IMG/VR virus record: IMGVR_UViG_3300045988_176431
Coordinates: 64,001-128,000 of that record
Length of the DNA: 64,000 bases
DNA from: a virus
Strand: one strand, 5' to 3'
Below the pieces are notes generated by a model. It had not been told where the DNA came from and searched no databases. It was given only the letters and a program-made list of their open reading frames with translations. Position 1 is the first letter of the stretch. Each line of letters starts with the position of its first letter. The translations under genes were made by a program, and so were the position numbers. Of this stretch, positions 29,450 through 39,939 are shown piece by piece.

Positions 29450-29689
29450 ATGTCAAATAAATTTTTAGCAGCAAGAAGTAACATTGAAGACCTTTTAGAG
29501 CAGAAGAAAGAAATTATTCGAAAGTCTGCTGATTTAGTAGCAGCGGTTATGATTGAAGAAAATAATAAAGGAGAAACTAATATTAATGGTATTAAGACAG
29601 ATGTCCAGAAACTTTTAAAAGGTTTTTCCGAAGAAGAAAAAGTACAAATTTTAGAGATTGCTATGGCAAAATTAGTAGCCAATCTCTAA
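29450..29689 (+). CDS. hypothetical protein (79 aa)
   Basis: AAAGGAGG 8 nt upstream. Preferred over the overlapping minus-strand ORF 29428-29682, which has no RBS. Confidence 0.5.
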   Translation: MSNKFLAARSNIEDLLEQKKEIIRKSADLVAAVMIEENNKGETNINGIKTDVQKLLKGFSEEEKVQILEIAMAKLVANL

Positions 29690-29700
29690 AATTAAGAATT

Positions 29701-29740
29701 AAAGAGGTCAAACACTTTTGTTGGACCTCTTTAATTTTTT
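29701..29740 (+). terminator. rho-independent terminator
   Basis: AAAGAGGTCAA / TTGGACCTCTTT stem with one bulge, followed by AATTTTTT. Confidence 0.6.
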
Positions 29741-29764
29741 ATCATAATAGAAAGGAATTTAAAA

Positions 29765-31207
29765 ATGAAAAAGAATTTCTTTGTATATTCAACGAAGATT
29801 GAAGTTGTTCCTTATGATGAAGGAGATATTGAGGAATTAGAAAGAATGTGTTCTTACTATGATCCTCAGTTACATGCACGAATACCTGCTGGGTATTGCT
29901 TAACAGATAATAAAATAATTGTTCCAAGGGGATTAAACCTTGTGACTTTACAACGTTTAACAGGAAATATTCCTACACTTTGTCCAAATAATCATAAAGT
30001 GGCTCATATGAAATATCAGTATGAGATGAAAAAAACGCCAAGAGATATTTACCAAGAAAAAGCAATTCGATTTCTTTTAAGTGAAGGAGAATTTTCAAAA
30101 TATAAAAAATATAGCCAGTTTGGTTTGAACTTGGAGACTGGTTATGGAAAAACCTTTTGTATGATTTATTCTTTATTAAAGATGAATCAACGAGCCATTA
30201 TTATTCTTCATCAAGAGACGATTAAGAAACAATGGCTTGAAGCATTTGAAAATGATACAGATGTAGATATGGATAGAGTTTGTAATATCACAGGGTCTAA
30301 AGTAATAAAAGAAATTATGAATGGTGATAATGATTATGATATTTATCTTACTAACCATTCTAGTATTACATCATTTGCTTCAAAAGAAGGATGGGATGAA
30401 GTAACAAAATTATTTGAAATGATGGATGTTTCGGTGAAAGTATATGATGAAGCACATTTGTGTTTTAAAAATATTTTATATATTGACTTTTTTACAAATG
30501 TGGAAAGAAATTATTATTTAACAGCAACTTTTGAACGTTCTGACCCAAAAGAGATTGCATTATTCAAAAGAGTATTTGCTAATACAGTAAGATTTGGTGA
30601 AGAAATTCATAAAAGAAAGCATGTTATTTATAACTTCTTATTTTATAATTCAAATCCATCAGGAAAAGATCAATATTCTATTAAAACACCTAGAGGTGTT
30701 TCTTCTTATAAATTTGCTGATTATGCATTCAAAAGAGATCCTTATCATAGTTTAGAAGGAGCCATTTATAAAACATTAAATGAATGCATTAAAATAGAAG
30801 GAAAAACCGGAATTGTTGTTCCTAAGATTGAAAATGTAATATTTTTGGAAGAAGAGATTCAGAAGAGATATCCGAAGTTTAAAGTAGGAAGTATCTTTTC
30901 TAAGAATTCAAAAGAAGAAAATGAGATTGTAAAAAAAGATTGTGATATCATTATAAGTACGATTAAAAGTTTTGGAACAGGTAGTGATATTAAAGGACTT
31001 AGAAATCTGATTATTGCAGAACCTCATTCTTCACGTACAATTAGTAATCAGTTAATTGGACGTTTACGAGAATATTCACCAACAGATGACACTTATGTTT
31101 ACGAATTAGTTGATAGTGGACTTCGTTTGTTACAAGGAATGATAACAAGAAGATATCCTACTATTAAGAATAAATGTAAAGAAATTCATCAATCTGTTAT
31201 AAAATAA
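29765..31207 (+). CDS. superfamily 2 DEAD/DEAH-box helicase
   Basis: Motif I LETGYGKTF, motif II VYDEAHL, motif III LTATFERS and motif VI NQLIGRLRE. Confidence 0.7.
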   Translation: MKKNFFVYSTKIEVVPYDEGDIEELERMCSYYDPQLHARIPAGYCLTDNKIIVPRGLNLVTLQRLTGNIPTLCPNNHKVAHMKYQYEMKKTPRDIYQEKAIRFLLSEGEFSKYKKYSQFGLNLETGYGKTFCMIYSLLKMNQRAIIILHQETIKKQWLEAFENDTDVDMDRVCNITGSKVIKEIMNGDNDYDIYLTNHSSITSFASKEGWDEVTKLFEMMDVSVKVYDEAHLCFKNILYIDFFTNVERNYYLTATFERSDPKEIALFKRVFANTVRFGEEIHKRKHVIYNFLFYNSNPSGKDQYSIKTPRGVSSYKFADYAFKRDPYHSLEGAIYKTLNECIKIEGKTGIVVPKIENVIFLEEEIQKRYPKFKVGSIFSKNSKEENEIVKKDCDIIISTIKSFGTGSDIKGLRNLIIAEPHSSRTISNQLIGRLREYSPTDDTYVYELVDSGLRLLQGMITRRYPTIKNKCKEIHQSVIK

Positions 31208-31220
31208 AGGAGGCTTAAAT

Positions 31221-32078
31221 ATGAGAATGATAGAAAAACTAGATTATTATCATTATAAATCGATACTACACTTGAATTTTACTCAATGTCTTGGAATATT
31301 ATTATATATAAATGATGTTATATTAGATATTATAGCAGAAAAAATTACTTCTGTATACCTAAAAAAAGATGAATGTTATGAGTTTTATCATGATAAAGAA
31401 TTGATGGGAAAAATAAATGATAGATTATCTGAAATTTCATCTCTTTATCCTGGTTTAAAAATAGCATTATCCGAATATGATATAACTCACGGTATTAATG
31501 ATACCATAAACATTGAAAAAAGTTGGTATGGGATGTTAAAAACATGTTCATTAACACTAAATATTCAAGTAGGTAACTATATTATGACTACATGTTTTAC
31601 TTATTCTAATAATGGTATTTTCCCAGATGATAATTTTTATAAAGTTCCAGTTTTAGTAACAAGTGAATTTAACTATGAAGATATTGATTATGTGAGCATT
31701 TTTAAATTTCAATACAAATTAGATACCATAATCGGTATCAATAAGTATATTCAAGATAATCAGAGTCAAGAAATTTCATATGATAAAATTTCTGAGGAGA
31801 TTAAAGAATATTATGGTAATATAAAAGAACAAAATAAATTATTTAATAAAATTGCGTCATTTATTTCTAATACAAAATCATATACTTTAGATTCTTATAA
31901 TAAAGGAATTATGATTTTTAAAATATATGAATCTCCTGCTGAATATCAGAACTATTTTCGAGAAGCAGATTATATTAGTGATTGTAAAACTTTCACAGAA
32001 AAGTTTTCAACAAGAAAAATGTTTCAATCAGATGTAAAAAGATTAGAGAAAGATATAAACCGTAGTTTTTTAATTTAA
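31221..32078 (+). CDS. hypothetical protein (285 aa)
   Basis: AAAGGAGG RBS. Confidence 0.55.
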   Translation: MRMIEKLDYYHYKSILHLNFTQCLGILLYINDVILDIIAEKITSVYLKKDECYEFYHDKELMGKINDRLSEISSLYPGLKIALSEYDITHGINDTINIEKSWYGMLKTCSLTLNIQVGNYIMTTCFTYSNNGIFPDDNFYKVPVLVTSEFNYEDIDYVSIFKFQYKLDTIIGINKYIQDNQSQEISYDKISEEIKEYYGNIKEQNKLFNKIASFISNTKSYTLDSYNKGIMIFKIYESPAEYQNYFREADYISDCKTFTEKFSTRKMFQSDVKRLEKDINRSFLI

Positions 32079-32091
32079 GGAGGTAATAATT

Positions 32092-32964
32092 ATGAAATTA
32101 TTTAATAAAAAAGAAACAGAAATGTTAGAACCAATGTTGGTAAATTATGTAAAAGATGAAATATTTAATAAAAAAATTAAGGCATTTGAAGAATTGTGTC
32201 CAAATAATATTATTAAAATAGAAGAGATTATCATTTTTGATATTATTTCATCTTTATTTACAACTGCTAAAAAAGAAGAACCCCATATTCAAGAACTTAA
32301 AGAAAAAATTAAAATAGACATAAATAGTATCTATGAAGATAAAGGTAAAAAAATTAATCATTTAAATATTGAATGTAAAACATTCAATACACATTATAAT
32401 GGTAAAGAATATAAAAAAATTGGCGACGTTAATATTCAATTTGAAGTAGAAGAAGAGAATTCTATTGAAATATATATATCATCATATTCAATAGCTGGTC
32501 AAGATAATGATGCTGTATATTATATCACACCGTTTGATGTAGTTACAAAAATGAATACAAAAAATGATAAGACTTCATTTTTCTATTCATTAGAGCATAT
32601 TCTTCCAAGAACAGATCATGCTTCAGATATGAAAACATTAGCTTATGTTGATCCAAAATATCAATATTTAACAGTAGAAGACATTAATAAAATTTTGGGA
32701 TACTCATATAAAACAAGAAAATCTGATTCTGAGTTATATCCTATCTTTGATATTTTGTTCTATTATATGGTAAAACATCAAAGAAATAAAACAAATACCT
32801 ATCCAGCACATGAATTTTTGGTTTATAATCCTGATATTGAAATTGGTGGAATTCGTGTTCCATCATATATTGATATGAGGGAGATTTTTTCTGGTGGATT
32901 TGTCAATGCTTATTTTGGAGATTCTATTTGTCATAATGTATTTAACTTTATTCGTCAAGTATAA
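32092..32964 (+). CDS. hypothetical protein (290 aa)
   Basis: AAGGAGG RBS. Confidence 0.55.
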   Translation: MKLFNKKETEMLEPMLVNYVKDEIFNKKIKAFEELCPNNIIKIEEIIIFDIISSLFTTAKKEEPHIQELKEKIKIDINSIYEDKGKKINHLNIECKTFNTHYNGKEYKKIGDVNIQFEVEEENSIEIYISSYSIAGQDNDAVYYITPFDVVTKMNTKNDKTSFFYSLEHILPRTDHASDMKTLAYVDPKYQYLTVEDINKILGYSYKTRKSDSELYPIFDILFYYMVKHQRNKTNTYPAHEFLVYNPDIEIGGIRVPSYIDMREIFSGGFVNAYFGDSICHNVFNFIRQV

Positions 32965-32972
32965 AAAAATAA

Positions 32973-33009
32973 AAAAAGAATACTGGAAATTAATCCAGTA
33001 TTCTTTTTT
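32973..33009. terminator. bidirectional terminator between convergent genes
   Basis: AAGAATACTGGA / TCCAGTATTCTT stem flanked by an A run and a T run. Confidence 0.65.
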
Positions 33010-33013
33010 CTCA

Positions 33014-33616
33014 TTACAAAGTATCAATGCAGACAGTACCATGACCATCAACAGATACTTTGTATTTGTTCTCTGGCAGGTATAAAATGAACGTAAGTTC
33101 ATTACTACCAACAATCTTGTCGTTTTCAAGATGACAAGGTTCACAATGTGTGAACGTAGCATTCGTACCAGGGAAACAATAGTCGACAATACCTTTCAAG
33201 GTATCGACATTAATAGATACTTTTTCATCAAATTTAATTGGTGATAAAGTATCTGTGAACAGTTTCATCTCAGCATCCAACTTGCTGAGATTTGATTTAG
33301 CCCCTGAATTTTTTTCATTATTCAGGGGCTCAGAATTTGATTCAGAATCATCCTCTTCTACTGATTCTGTTTCATCGTCTGAAGCATCTACTACTGAATT
33401 ACAGTTACAAGGAATTGTTGTTGCTAAATAATCCGCAACCACATCAATTGATTTAGAATTTTTGTGGTTCCAAATCATGTTGGCAATTCCAGTAACAAGA
33501 CCAACTGCTGCACTTGCACCAGTAGTAATTATTGCAACTTTTCCAACCTGTTCAAGTCCTTCAACTTTACCCTCTAAGTTACTAATTCTTGCATTCAGTT
33601 TTTTCTTTGTCATCAT
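33014..33616 (-). CDS. membrane-anchored hypothetical protein (200 aa)
   Basis: N-terminal coiled segment, a TM-like VAIITTGASAAVGLVTGIANMIW, and an acidic linker. AAAGGAGG RBS on the minus strand. Confidence 0.55.
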   Translation of the reverse strand: MMTKKKLNARISNLEGKVEGLEQVGKVAIITTGASAAVGLVTGIANMIWNHKNSKSIDVVADYLATTIPCNCNSVVDASDDETESVEEDDSESNSEPLNNEKNSGAKSNLSKLDAEMKLFTDTLSPIKFDEKVSINVDTLKGIVDYCFPGTNATFTHCEPCHLENDKIVGSNELTFILYLPENKYKVSVDGHGTVCIDTL

Positions 33617-33640
33617 AATAATGACCTCCTTTCGTTTTCT

Positions 33641-33668
33641 TTAAAACTTTTTTGCAAAAAAGTTTTAA
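33641..33668. repeat. perfect 28-nt palindrome in the divergent intergenic region
   Basis: TTAAAACTTTTTTG|CAAAAAAGTTTTAA, between minus-strand gene start 33616 and plus-strand gene start 33804. Confidence 0.6.
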
Positions 33669-33803
33669 GTAAGTTTACTTTACTTACTTAACACAAATAT
33701 ATTATATAAATATGATATTTAATTATACACATAGTTTTCTCTTATCTATCTTTTTATGTTAGATTTGACAAGTTTTTAAGTAAATTTGAAAGGGGAATTG
33801 ATA

Positions 33804-36800
33804 ATGAGTCAAGAGAATTTATATTTAGAAGAATATACAAAAGAAATGACTGACTTTTTAAAGAAATCAAATCCTAATATTGATAAAAAGGAAATAAAGA
33901 AAATCGTAAAGAAAACGATAAAAGAAAGATTACAAGACCCAGAGGTTATTCTGGATAATAACTATACACACGAAACAAGAAAAACTCATTTAACATCAGT
34001 TCTTCATTGGGCTATGTTAAAGAATCCTATTATTGCAGGAAATGGTACATTTTATAAACAACATAATGTAGCCAGAAATCCAAATTCAGAAATGGTAGAT
34101 GACTTCTTGGATGATAGAAAGAAATTAAAAAAAGCAATGTTTGCAGTTGATGATGAAGCAAGTCATGCTTATAAAGATTTAGACTTAAAGCAAGGAAATA
34201 AAAAACGATTAGCAAATTCTTATTATGGTGGGTCAGGAGCAAAAACTTCAGCATTCTATTCAAAATGGAGTGGACCTGCTACAACAAAAAGTGCTCAATC
34301 AGTTATCTCAACAACAGAAACAGTATTTGAAGCATTTCTTGTGGATAATTTTATTTTTATTGATTTTAATGAATGTGTCACATGGATTGATACTGTACTT
34401 TCTGAAGATTATGAATTAGATGATTGGGTAGAAAGAATCAGTTTGGAAGATTGTCATAAACGACTTTCTAATAAGATTCTTGGTGTTACAGATGATATGA
34501 GTGAACTTCTCATGAAATATCTTTCATCTTTAACCGAAGAGGATTGGACACATCTTTATTATAAAAATAATTTAATAGAATTTACAAGAAGACATGAGAA
34601 AGTAAGAAAACTTCATGATTCTATCTTTAGTTCGATTCGTAATGATTATTATGAATTTTCAGTAAATAAAGATGGTGGATTTGAAAATGAATCCGATATT
34701 GCAAAAATCCCAACAGAAATGAGGGATGATATTTTAGGTGATAAAAAACCGGGAAAAGCATGGAATAAATTTGTATCTGTGCAAAAATTCTATGATCCAA
34801 ACAACGTTCCAGACACTATTAAAGAATACTTAGAAGAACTTTCAAATATTTATATGAAATATATATACGTGAGATTTCTTCATTTAGATAAAATCTATCG
34901 ATTAAAGAATTTTAATCGTGACGTTGTTACAGTTATTGATACAGATTCAAACATCTTATCATTAGATACATGGATGAAATTCTGTCAGACAGAATTAATG
35001 ACAAGTGATTATGGAAGAGAATATTTTGACAATGTATATATTGCAATTAATTCTATTACATACATCATTACATCAGTCGTTACTGATATTCTTTTATATT
35101 ATGGAGAATGCTCGAATGTAGAAGAAAGTCATCGACCAAGATATAATATGAAGAATGAATTCTTCTTTAGTAAATTAATTATTGCAAAAACAAAGAAACG
35201 ATATTTATCTCAGATATTACTTCGAGAAGGAAATCGACTTAAAAAACCGAAAACAGATGTTAAGGGTTTAACGTGTAAATTGTCAACGTTACATACAAGA
35301 CCCAATACTAAGCGATTAGTATTTAAAAACAAGGTGAATTGCGGGGAACTCTCGTTATGTTCTAACTACTAAACTAAGATGGTAACATACTTAGTGGCAA
35401 TGGGTAACTCCTAAGGTATAGTAAAAAGGTTAGAAATAGAGACAATTCGCAACCAAGTTATTTATTAAAAAGATATATTTATATATTATACTTCTAAAGG
35501 AAGGTGATTATAATGAATAATAACGAAAAAATAAATCAAAAAGATATGAAGGAAATAATTAAGAAGATAAATTCTTCTATATGTTTTATTGATGAAAAAT
35601 TTAAGCAATTATATATTGATGAAGAATATATACCATATATAATTTCATCAACTGGTAGAATATTTAGTATTAATTATATGCATCAAAAAGGAAATGTACA
35701 TGAATTAAAAAGTAGAACAGATAAAGATGGATATAAATTAATATTAATACATTATAATCATAAAAATTATGGTTATCATATACACCGTTTAGTTGCTTTA
35801 ACATTTATCCCTATTCCTATTAAATATAGAAAGCAAGGATATAGTAGTAATGATTTACAAGTGAATCATAAAGATGGAAATAAATCTATAAATTGTGATT
35901 GGAATTTAGAATGGTTGACTTGTAAAGAAAATATTCATCATGCTTGGAAAAACAATTTAGCACATTCTATTGGTATATATAATGGAAATAGTGTATACTC
36001 TAATGAAGATATAGAAACAGTTTGTAAATTATTAGAATCAGACTATTCTATTAAACAAATTAGCAAAAAAATAAATGTTCCATATTACATAATATCTTTA
36101 GTATTAAATAAGAAAAATTGGCTACATATAAGTAATAATTATGACTTTAGTAATTATTCATATGGAAAGAAAAAAAGAAAAGATGTTATAAATGTGTGTA
36201 AACTGTTAGAGAAAGGTGAATATAGTATAAAAGAAATAAGTAAAATTTGCAATGTAAAAACTTCATTTGTAAGTGATATTTCATCTGGAAAAACATTTAA
36301 ATCAATATCTAAAGATTTTAATATAAATATATCTTGTAATAAATAAAAGGTTCAACGACTATCGAAAGGATAGCATAAGAGAAATACTTATGTGAATAAC
36401 CGAGTAGAGTAGACCAGAAGTCTGGGTGCACGAAATTTGTGCTTTACAAAGTGCCTTGCATCTTCTATTTGGTAACAGAATATGAAGATGATGATATAGT
36501 CTATTCTCAATTGTAAAATTGAGGAGTTATTTATAACTCAGTATAACTTAACGAATTATACTAAATAAAAAGTTGACTTTAAGAAATCAGTTACATCAGA
36601 AACAGCATCGAAGTATTATATGAATATTATTAAAGAATATCTTCTTGAACCGGAAACTCCGTTATTAAAAGAAATGATTAATGAACTGCATGAATTTAAA
36701 AAACGTATCAAGAAATCTATTGAAGATGGCGAACGGATTTATTTACCAAATGCAAATGCAAAAGAACTTGGTGCTTATAAAGACCCAAGTACATCACAAG

Positions 36801-37231
36801 GTGTTCGTGGTGTATTAACATGGAATATGTGTGAGCCGGATAAAATGATTGAATTTCCTGCTAAAGTAAGTTTATTAAAAATGAACTTAGAAAATGAGGA
36901 ATCAATAGAAGATATGAAAGATAAATTCCCAAATCAATACAATGCAATTAAAGAGGGAATTTTTAATGATAAAACAGGTATTTTTATTAAAGAAAAGAAA
37001 GATAAAAAAACAGGTAAAAAAGAATTAAAGAAAACTGGTATGAAAGTGTTAGCAATCCCATCAAGTGAAACAATACCTGATTGGGCATTACCATATATCG
37101 ATTATAATACTATGGTAAATAATATATTAGCACCGTTTAAATCTGTTTTGGAAATCTTTAATCTTCCAGGAGTAGAAGAAGGAAAGACTGGAAGAAAATC
37201 AACAGGACTAAGTAATATTATAAAATTATAA
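33804..37231 (+). CDS. family B DNA polymerase, polymerase-domain part (exons 33804-35268 and 36573-37231)
   Basis: KKRLANSYYGGSG (motif B, Kx3NSxYG), VTVIDTDSN (motif C, DTDS) and KTKKRYLS (KKRY). The junction is ..KPKTDVKG-F-DFKKSVTSE. ATG 33804 lies 8 nt after GAAAGGGG. No exonuclease motifs or motif A lie upstream. Confidence 0.8.
35480..35489 (+). promoter_or_regulatory. TATATATTAT motif, copy e (inside intron 6, upstream of its endonuclease ORF)
   Basis: Exact 10-mer 24 nt upstream of ATG 35513. Confidence 0.3.
35513..36346 (+). CDS. intron-encoded HNH homing endonuclease, I-HmuI-like
   Basis: YIISSTGRIFS (NUMOD4-like), HRLVALTFIPIP...QVNHKDGNKSINCDWNLEWLTCKENIHHA, and two HTH repeats (ISKKINVPYYIISLVLNKKNW and ISKICNVKTSFVSDISSGKTF). 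AAAGGAAGGTG RBS. Confidence 0.8.
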   Translation: MNNNEKINQKDMKEIIKKINSSICFIDEKFKQLYIDEEYIPYIISSTGRIFSINYMHQKGNVHELKSRTDKDGYKLILIHYNHKNYGYHIHRLVALTFIPIPIKYRKQGYSSNDLQVNHKDGNKSINCDWNLEWLTCKENIHHAWKNNLAHSIGIYNGNSVYSNEDIETVCKLLESDYSIKQISKKINVPYYIISLVLNKKNWLHISNNYDFSNYSYGKKKRKDVINVCKLLEKGEYSIKEISKICNVKTSFVSDISSGKTFKSISKDFNINISCNK

Positions 37232-37233
37232 GA

Positions 37234-37277
37234 ATAAGACGTGAATACTGATTAAAGTATTCACGTCTTATTTGTTT
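37234..37277 (+). terminator. rho-independent terminator
   Basis: ATAAGACGTGAATACT / AGTATTCACGTCTTAT stem followed by TTGTTT. Confidence 0.6.
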
Positions 37278-37335
37278 ATATAACATATTTGTAGTTACAT
37301 AAAGATATATTAAAAAACAAAAGGAGTTGATTATT

Positions 37336-37875
37336 ATGTATAACACAATATTTGATATGGGGTGGAGTTTAGAAAAAACAGTTGAGGAGTTCTTTATTCT
37401 TAGTATATTTAATAAAGAATCATTCGACATGAGTGTCGATATTAAACTGTTTTACCCAATGATTCTTGTAGATAAAAAAGAGATGAGTGATAATGATAAG
37501 AACTACTATATCATTCAACTCATGCAAGAGAAATTGAAAAATCTGATTGGTATGAAAAGACATGGAATCATATCAATTACAGATGGATCCGACGTATTAG
37601 GAAAATTTGATGTTGATTCTTCTGATTTCGTAATCTCATCAATGGGTAAACATCATGATATGAATATTTTGTATAATGATGTAAAAATATCATCTTATAG
37701 TTTGGAAACTAACTGTGAGATGATTGATAAGCTCATGGATATGATATCAATCTATGGCTATTCAGCCATAGAAATCTCTGATAATGGCTTCGAAAAAGAA
37801 GCATTAAAAAGAGTTTATAATGATGCCATTCATATGAAATGGTATTCATTGTTGATTAAAAGAGAACCTTATTAA
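37336..37875 (+). CDS. hypothetical protein (about 179 aa)
   Basis: ATG 37336 lies 9 nt after AAAGGAG. Confidence 0.5.
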   Translation: MYNTIFDMGWSLEKTVEEFFILSIFNKESFDMSVDIKLFYPMILVDKKEMSDNDKNYYIIQLMQEKLKNLIGMKRHGIISITDGSDVLGKFDVDSSDFVISSMGKHHDMNILYNDVKISSYSLETNCEMIDKLMDMISIYGYSAIEISDNGFEKEALKRVYNDAIHMKWYSLLIKREPY

Positions 37876-37952
37876 AGGTTCTCTTTTTTTATTTTTTTAT
37901 CCTTTCTTTTACATATGAATAAGTAAATATGAAAGAAAGGATGATTTCAATT

Positions 37953-38381
37953 ATGATGCCTTTAAATAGATTTAGGGTAACTAAATTAAAATGTTTATCT
38001 TGTGGATGTAGAGATAAACGAGTAGCAATCCTTAATTCGAAAATAACACAAAAACGAATTGGGTTTGCTACCATTTGTTGTAATTGTGGACATATTAAAC
38101 GTTACAATTTTAGAAGGAAAAAAGGATGGAGAGGAAAATTACTAAATAACAATGAAATTGTTGAAATGTTAGAAAATCGTATTTATGTATCTGAGATTTT
38201 TTGTGCAATCCCAGATCCTTTTTGTCCGAATTATGAGTGTGACTTAAAGAAATCATGTCCATGTAAAGAAGATTTAACTTATGAAGATTTGTTAAAAGGA
38301 AAGTATCCTGGTGAAGTCGTAAGACAACCAGAAGAAATAGATTTAAAAAGACAAGAAAAATCCGAAGGAAAATTTATTTAG
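37953..38381 (+). CDS. Cys-rich zinc-ribbon-like protein
   Basis: The pairs CLSCGC...CCNCGH suggest a 4-Cys zinc ribbon. ATG 37953 follows AAAGAAAGGATG. Confidence 0.45.
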   Translation: MMPLNRFRVTKLKCLSCGCRDKRVAILNSKITQKRIGFATICCNCGHIKRYNFRRKKGWRGKLLNNNEIVEMLENRIYVSEIFCAIPDPFCPNYECDLKKSCPCKEDLTYEDLLKGKYPGEVVRQPEEIDLKRQEKSEGKFI

Positions 38382-38397
38382 AAAGGAAAATAAGAAA

Positions 38398-39147
38398 TTG
38401 AGTAACTTAAACGAATTTAATGATTATGGGTATAACCCAAATGAAGTGGATAGTGAAATTTTTTTATCTGATATTCCACTTTCTTTAATGAAAGAAACAA
38501 TTCGAAATCAATTTGAAGAACCCCTCGAATATCAAAAGAATGATTATTTACAGACATTCTTTAATAAGTATGAATTCACAAAAGAGAATATGACAGAAGA
38601 TGATGAAGAAGAAGTTGAAGAATTATATTCAGGATTCATCTCTTTTATGGAAGAAATATTCAAAGAGTTCTTAGGTATCGGAATTCCGAATTTAGATGAT
38701 ATGGGTGAAGAAGAACAAGAAGAAATCATCCGATTTATTTATCGTTACTTTATTATTGATATTCGAAAGAATTTCGTAAATGTAATTTATAACTATATCA
38801 AAGAACGAAAAGAAAAAATTGCAGAGAGAATGGATAAGAAAAAAGATGTTACTTATCTATCTCTAAAAAAATATGTAGATGATGAAGATGAGATTGTTAT
38901 ATTATCCAATTTAGGAGAAGTAATCAATGATATCTTATCAGAAGAATTTACGATTGATGAGTTCTTTAAATATTCAAGAACTGACAAAAACGAATTAGAA
39001 ATTGATTTTGTATCAGATCGTTATGATACTTGTGATATTACAGGTAATTTTGTTTCTCACTATATCAATATGGTAGATGAGGAATTGAAGATGGAAATCG
39101 AATGTAAAGTTCGAAATAAAATTCTCAAAAAATATAAGAAAAAGTAA
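38398..39147 (+). CDS. hypothetical acidic protein (249 aa)
   Basis: TTG start after GAAAGGAAA. Contains Glu/Asp-rich segments. Confidence 0.5.
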   Translation: MSNLNEFNDYGYNPNEVDSEIFLSDIPLSLMKETIRNQFEEPLEYQKNDYLQTFFNKYEFTKENMTEDDEEEVEELYSGFISFMEEIFKEFLGIGIPNLDDMGEEEQEEIIRFIYRYFIIDIRKNFVNVIYNYIKERKEKIAERMDKKKDVTYLSLKKYVDDEDEIVILSNLGEVINDILSEEFTIDEFFKYSRTDKNELEIDFVSDRYDTCDITGNFVSHYINMVDEELKMEIECKVRNKILKKYKKK

Positions 39148-39216
39148 ATAAAAGTATTATTTATACATCATTTTATTGATATAAAAAATACATAAAAATA
39201 AAAGGAGGAAAATATT

Positions 39217-39939
39217 ATGTTTTTTGGATCAAACACAAATAATTCAGATGTTGTAAGTACAAATACAACAATTATGGTACTTTATTCTGATTTATCATCA
39301 CTTACGATTGGGGCTTGGAATGATAAAATTAATCTTAAGTTCTCCCCAAGTATTGGAAAGGATGGAAACGGATTAAATCAGTATGATAGAGAAAGGAGAG
39401 CAAATACTGCACTTTCTCAACAGAACGCTTGTACATTGTATGAGATGATTCGAAAGGAGATTCTCCCAAAACTTGAAAATAAAGAAGATATTGGTACAGG
39501 AATTAATGTAGCAGTATCGATGGGACGACCAGAAGCAAAGAATCTTTTGATTGTAGAGTATAAACCAGATGAAAATAAACAGAATCGTTTTTATCTGACC
39601 CTTGCTCAGAATGTTTCAGATACTGGTGTTGTGACAGATGAGAATAAAATTAGTTACAAATTCAATCAGACTGAGATTATGACAAATTATGACTCTGCAA
39701 CTGGTTCCGGTACAATGGAAACTATTGAATCTGAATTCTTGAACTTTGTAGAAGTTCTTAGACGTCGCATTGACATTGAGCCAATGATTGCTCATTCAAT
39801 TCGTCATTCAAATTCAATTGGTAAAAAATATGCAAATGGTTCTTCAAATTATTCAAATCAGAATAACAACCAGAACTTTGGTTCATTTAGTAATGGATTC
39901 ACAAGTGAAGATGTTCCGGATGAATTACCATTTAACTAA
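39217..39939 (+). CDS. possible single-stranded DNA-binding protein
   Basis: The C-terminus has an Asn/Gln/Ser-rich linker and an acidic tail, ...SEDVPDELPFN, like the SSB tip D-D-D-I/L-P-F. AAAGGAGG RBS. The OB fold is not verifiable by eye. Confidence 0.4.
   Translation: MFFGSNTNNSDVVSTNTTIMVLYSDLSSLTIGAWNDKINLKFSPSIGKDGNGLNQYDRERRANTALSQQNACTLYEMIRKEILPKLENKEDIGTGINVAVSMGRPEAKNLLIVEYKPDENKQNRFYLTLAQNVSDTGVVTDENKISYKFNQTEIMTNYDSATGSGTMETIESEFLNFVEVLRRRIDIEPMIAHSIRHSNSIGKKYANGSSNYSNQNNNQNFGSFSNGFTSEDVPDELPFN

Larger units (their letters stand above)
35269..36572 (+). mobile_element. group I intron 6 (1304 nt, carries an HNH endonuclease ORF, extended P1-P2 variant)
   Basis: P1 is GGGTT paired with GACCC, placed like the IGS of intron 2, just 5' of a P2 hairpin. 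This gives a phase-1 exon. The only compatible 3' splice site is after G36572. Its Q region is divergent (CAATTCGCAACC). Confidence 0.75.
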
